From: a virus
Lineage: Duplodnaviria; Heunggongvirae; Uroviricota; Caudoviricetes
Reading direction: 5' to 3' (one strand)
DNA length: 18,555 bases
Virus record (IMG/VR): IMGVR_UViG_2630968500_000002
Span: 1 to 18,555 of that record
In this document: piece by piece, positions 16,064 to 18,555 of the stretch
Layout of the letters: each line of letters begins with the position of its first letter
Numbering within the stretch: the stretch's first letter is position 1
The notes under the pieces: generated by a model
The model's input: the letters and a program-made list of their open reading frames with translations, nothing else
Told to the model about the DNA's origin: nothing
The model's database searches: none
Translations under genes and position numbers: made by a program

Positions 16064-16861
16064 ATGGATATGCTCCATCCCTAAATTAGATATCTCTTTT
16101 TTTAGCTGGGTTTCACTTGCAGTTATCCAGTTTTTTCCACAGTTTGGTAGAAGCATCTCGCTACTTGACGGATTGATAAGTTTTACTTTTTCATTCTTTA
16201 TAATTTTGTTTTTCAAATAACTTTTACTTATTAAGGCTGATTTTTCAGTTATAACGAGATAAAAAAATATGCTTCCAAAAAATATACCTTTTAAAATAAT
16301 ACCGCTGCGTAACAGAACAGGGTCATTTTTGGTTATTCTCATTTTAAAGGGAGAGCAAAGGTTGTCTTCACTTGTAGGTATATTAAGTTCGCTTTTTTGC
16401 TCGTCAGTAAGTTTAAGAGGCATGAGCAGTCCAGCGAAGAGCATGACATCTTTTTCTGAAGGCAAAGGTTCTCCGCGGAGAATATAATCTTTATATGCGC
16501 CAAAAATATGTGTGGATGGATCATTGACCGCGCTTGCCGAGTTGTAAGAAATTTTCATTAACCAGCGTAGCAATAAATGATAATCATAAGTTATAGTCGT
16601 TTGTGTCTTTAGATAAAGTTGGGTTAAGAAACCGTTTCTGGCTAAAAACTGACTTCCATAATCATCTAAAAAACTTAATGCTCCACCATTGCATGTTTTA
16701 CAAACATCGGCAATTGTTGCCTCACCACCAATTATATCATTTGCTCTCTCGTTCCAGCCTATAAAACGATCTCCAGATTCTTTTTGATATTTATATATAA
16801 ATTTAGGGATAATATGTTCTCTTTCTATTATTCCATCTTGTTCGCAATATCTGCAGTGCAT
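16046..16861 (-). CDS. HNH-nuclease-domain protein (His-Me finger with two CxxC zinc knuckles) plus uncharacterised C-terminal domain; cargo/moron gene
   Basis: 271 aa; N-terminus carries C3-x2-C6, H16 (EREHIIPK), N37/N41 and C54-x2-C57-N58, the arrangement of zinc-stabilised HNH endonucleases. GGAG RBS on the - strand. Very AT-rich (13 G+C in the 60 nt at 16201-16260), opposite in orientation to the flanking tail genes, inserted between late operons. Confidence 0.8.
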   Translation of the reverse strand: MHCRYCEQDGIIEREHIIPKFIYKYQKESGDRFIGWNERANDIIGGEATIADVCKTCNGGALSFLDDYGSQFLARNGFLTQLYLKTQTTITYDYHLLLRWLMKISYNSASAVNDPSTHIFGAYKDYILRGEPLPSEKDVMLFAGLLMPLKLTDEQKSELNIPTSEDNLCSPFKMRITKNDPVLLRSGIILKGIFFGSIFFYLVITEKSALISKSYLKNKIIKNEKVKLINPSSSEMLLPNCGKNWITASETQLKKEISNLGMEHIHKKLKI

Positions 16862-16905
16862 TATTTTCTCCGTTGATTTTATTTATCGTTAATTTTCAGT
16901 TGTAA

Positions 16906-16923
16906 TGTGCCATCCATCATACA
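16906..16923. promoter_or_regulatory. Candidate late-promoter activator site (TGT-N12-ACA) upstream of V
   Basis: TGTGCCATCCATCATACA read directly; matches the P2-family late-promoter dyad; about 50 nt upstream of the V start codon, which is closer than the canonical spacing. Confidence 0.4.
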
Positions 16924-16968
16924 ACGGTATGTTATCGACTGAAATTCCATTTAGTTTAACATTTTTAC

Positions 16969-17547
16969 ATGAACGCACAATTAACCGAAATCATGCGCCT
17001 TATCACCAACCTGATCCGCACTGGGGTAGTCACCGAAGTGGACAGGGAAAACTGGCTTTGCCGAGTGAAAACGGGCGACCTTGAAACTAACTGGATCAGT
17101 TGGCTGACGCTGCGTGCAGGAAATGCCCGGACATGGTGGCGACCATCGGAAGGTGAGCAGGTGGTGCTGCTGAGTCTGGGCGGTAATCTGGAAACCGCGT
17201 TTGCCCTGCCTGCGGTCTACTCAAACCAGTTTCCGCCACCTTCAGGCTCTGAGGACGGCAACGTGACGGAATACCCGGACGGCGGCTGGTTTGAATACGA
17301 ACCCGCCACCGGGCGCTGGTATGTCAGGGGCATCAAATCAATGGTCATTGAGGCCGCTGACAATATCACCCTGAAAACCAGTGAGTTTGTGCTGGAGGCT
17401 GACCGCACGCGTATTAACAGCGAAGTGGTGATCAATGGTGGCGTTACCCAGGGCGGCGGAGCGATGAGCTCTAACGGGATTGTGGTTGATGCGCATCAGC
17501 ATACTGGCGTCCTGAAAGGCGGCGATACAACCGGAGGCCCGGTATGA
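16969..17547 (+). CDS. V: Baseplate assembly protein V (baseplate spike), P2 gpV-like
   Basis: 192 aa; N-terminal region resembles P2 gpV as recalled (..IRTG..VE.D...RCRV.TG...T.W..WLT.RAG..RTWW.PS.GEQV); first gene of the V-W-J baseplate block. Confidence 0.85.
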   Translation: MNAQLTEIMRLITNLIRTGVVTEVDRENWLCRVKTGDLETNWISWLTLRAGNARTWWRPSEGEQVVLLSLGGNLETAFALPAVYSNQFPPPSGSEDGNVTEYPDGGWFEYEPATGRWYVRGIKSMVIEAADNITLKTSEFVLEADRTRINSEVVINGGVTQGGGAMSSNGIVVDAHQHTGVLKGGDTTGGPV

Positions 17548-17903
17548 CGCTTTATAGCGGGATGAACAATACCAGCGGCAAAGTCATTACTGATATTGAT
17601 CATCTGCGCCAGTCGGTGCGGGACATTCTGCTGACACCGCAGGGTAGCCGTATTGCCCGCCGTGAATATGGTTCCCTGCTGTCGGCACTGATAGACCAGC
17701 CACAAAATCCGGCGTTACGCCTGCAGGTCATGTCGGCAGTGTATGTGGCGCTGAGTCGCTGGGAGCCACGGCTGACGCTGGATTCCATCACCATCAACAG
17801 CCATTTTGACGGTTCAATGGTGGTGGAGCTGAGCGGGCGGCGTAATAACGGTGTGCCTGTTTCCCTTTCCGTATCAACAGGAGCAGAGAATGGCAGTGAT
17901 TGA
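17544..17903 (+). CDS. W: Baseplate wedge protein W (gp25/GPW-like)
   Basis: 119 aa; GGAGG RBS; start overlaps the V stop; position between V and J matches P2. Confidence 0.85.
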   Translation: MTLYSGMNNTSGKVITDIDHLRQSVRDILLTPQGSRIARREYGSLLSALIDQPQNPALRLQVMSAVYVALSRWEPRLTLDSITINSHFDGSMVVELSGRRNNGVPVSLSVSTGAENGSD

Positions 17904-18555
17904 CCTTTCGCAGTTGCCTGCGCCGCAGATTGTGGATGTGCCGGACTTTGAGACGCTGCTTGCCGAACGCAAGGCCGAATTTGTTGCGCTTCATCCGAAA
18001 GATGAGCAGGAAGCAGTGATCCGCACGCTGGAACTGGAATCTGAACCCGTCACCAAATTGCTGCAGGAGAACGCTTACCGTGAGTTGCTTCTGCGCCAGC
18101 GCATTAACGAAGCCGCGCAGGCTGTGATGGTGGCTTACGCGATGGGCAGCGATCTTGACCAGCTCGCTGCCAACTACAACGTGAAACGCCTGACGGTGAC
18201 GCCTGCTGATAATGACGCTGTGCCGCCCGTTGCAGCTGTGATGGAAAGCGATGAAGCGTTACGCCTGCGTGTGCCTGCAGCCTTTGAAGGGCTTTCAGTT
18301 GCGGGGCCAACTGCAGCTTATGAATTTCATGCCCGAAGCGCCGACGGTCGGGTGGCGGATGCCAGTGCAACCAGCCCGGCACCTGCAGAGGTGGTGCTGA
18401 CTGTCCTTAGCCGCGAAGGCGATGGAACTGCAGAAAAAGACCTGCTGGACGTGGTGGAAAAAGCTCTGAACAGTGAGAACGTCCGCCCGGTGGCTGACCG
18501 TCTTACGGTTCGCAGCGCAGAAATCATCCCGTATCGCGTGGAAGCCACCATTTTT
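17890..18555 (+). CDS. J: Baseplate assembly protein J (partial, 3' end beyond the window)
   Basis: Open frame from ATG 17890 (GAGCAGAGA upstream) to the window end with no stop, 222 codons; overlaps the W stop. Not in the ORF track because it runs off the window. P2 J follows W. Confidence 0.8.
   Translation, partial: MAVIDLSQLPAPQIVDVPDFETLLAERKAEFVALHPKDEQEAVIRTLELESEPVTKLLQENAYRELLLRQRINEAAQAVMVAYAMGSDLDQLAANYNVKRLTVTPADNDAVPPVAAVMESDEALRLRVPAAFEGLSVAGPTAAYEFHARSADGRVADASATSPAPAEVVLTVLSREGDGTAEKDLLDVVEKALNSENVRPVADRLTVRSAEIIPYRVEATIF

Noticed and set aside
15835-16524. Small + strand ORFs within and near the HNH gene region (15835-16089, 16269-16487)
   Set aside because: They overlap the end of S or lie antisense within the better-supported - strand HNH gene; the AT-rich sequence generates short open frames by chance, and no RBS is evident.
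1-18555. Searched by eye for CRISPR arrays, tRNA or tmRNA genes, integrase, attachment-site repeats and IS-element inverted repeats
   Set aside because: No regularly spaced direct repeats, no tRNA-like sequences and no transposase or integrase-like ORFs were seen; the window appears to be internal to the prophage, with int/att outside it.

Overview
This window is an internal segment of a P2/186-family temperate prophage from an enterobacterial host (high-GC structural genes, E. coli/Salmonella-like codon usage). All calls are from reading the sequence and the six-frame translations; no searches were run. Left to right: (1) the early lytic operon on the + strand, with translationally coupled genes (Cox/Apl-like, CII-like, small unknowns, TraR/DksA zinc finger, Dam methylase) ending in the rolling-circle replication gene A; (2) a LexA-box-controlled tum-like SOS module (small ORF plus DinI-family protein); (3) a low-GC cargo region around a candidate cos site, holding a divergently transcribed secreted protein and a coupled pair of small proteins; (4) the packaging and head genes Q and P (- strand) and O, N, M, L (+ strand); (5) tail gene X and a lysis cassette (two-TM holin, SAR endolysin, LysA-like, nested LysB/LysC spanins); (6) tail completion genes R and S; (7) a very AT-rich moron on the opposite strand between S and V encoding an HNH-nuclease-domain protein; (8) baseplate genes V, W and the start of J. 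The two most interesting loci are the HNH-domain moron between the two late operons (16002-16968) and the cos-flanking cargo genes (5873-7189). Both sit in inter-operon positions of the kind where P2-like phages carry accessory or anti-phage cargo, and neither matches a system I can name. The CII-like gene and the LexA-box/DinI module suggest 186-like, SOS-inducible biology rather than P2-like.
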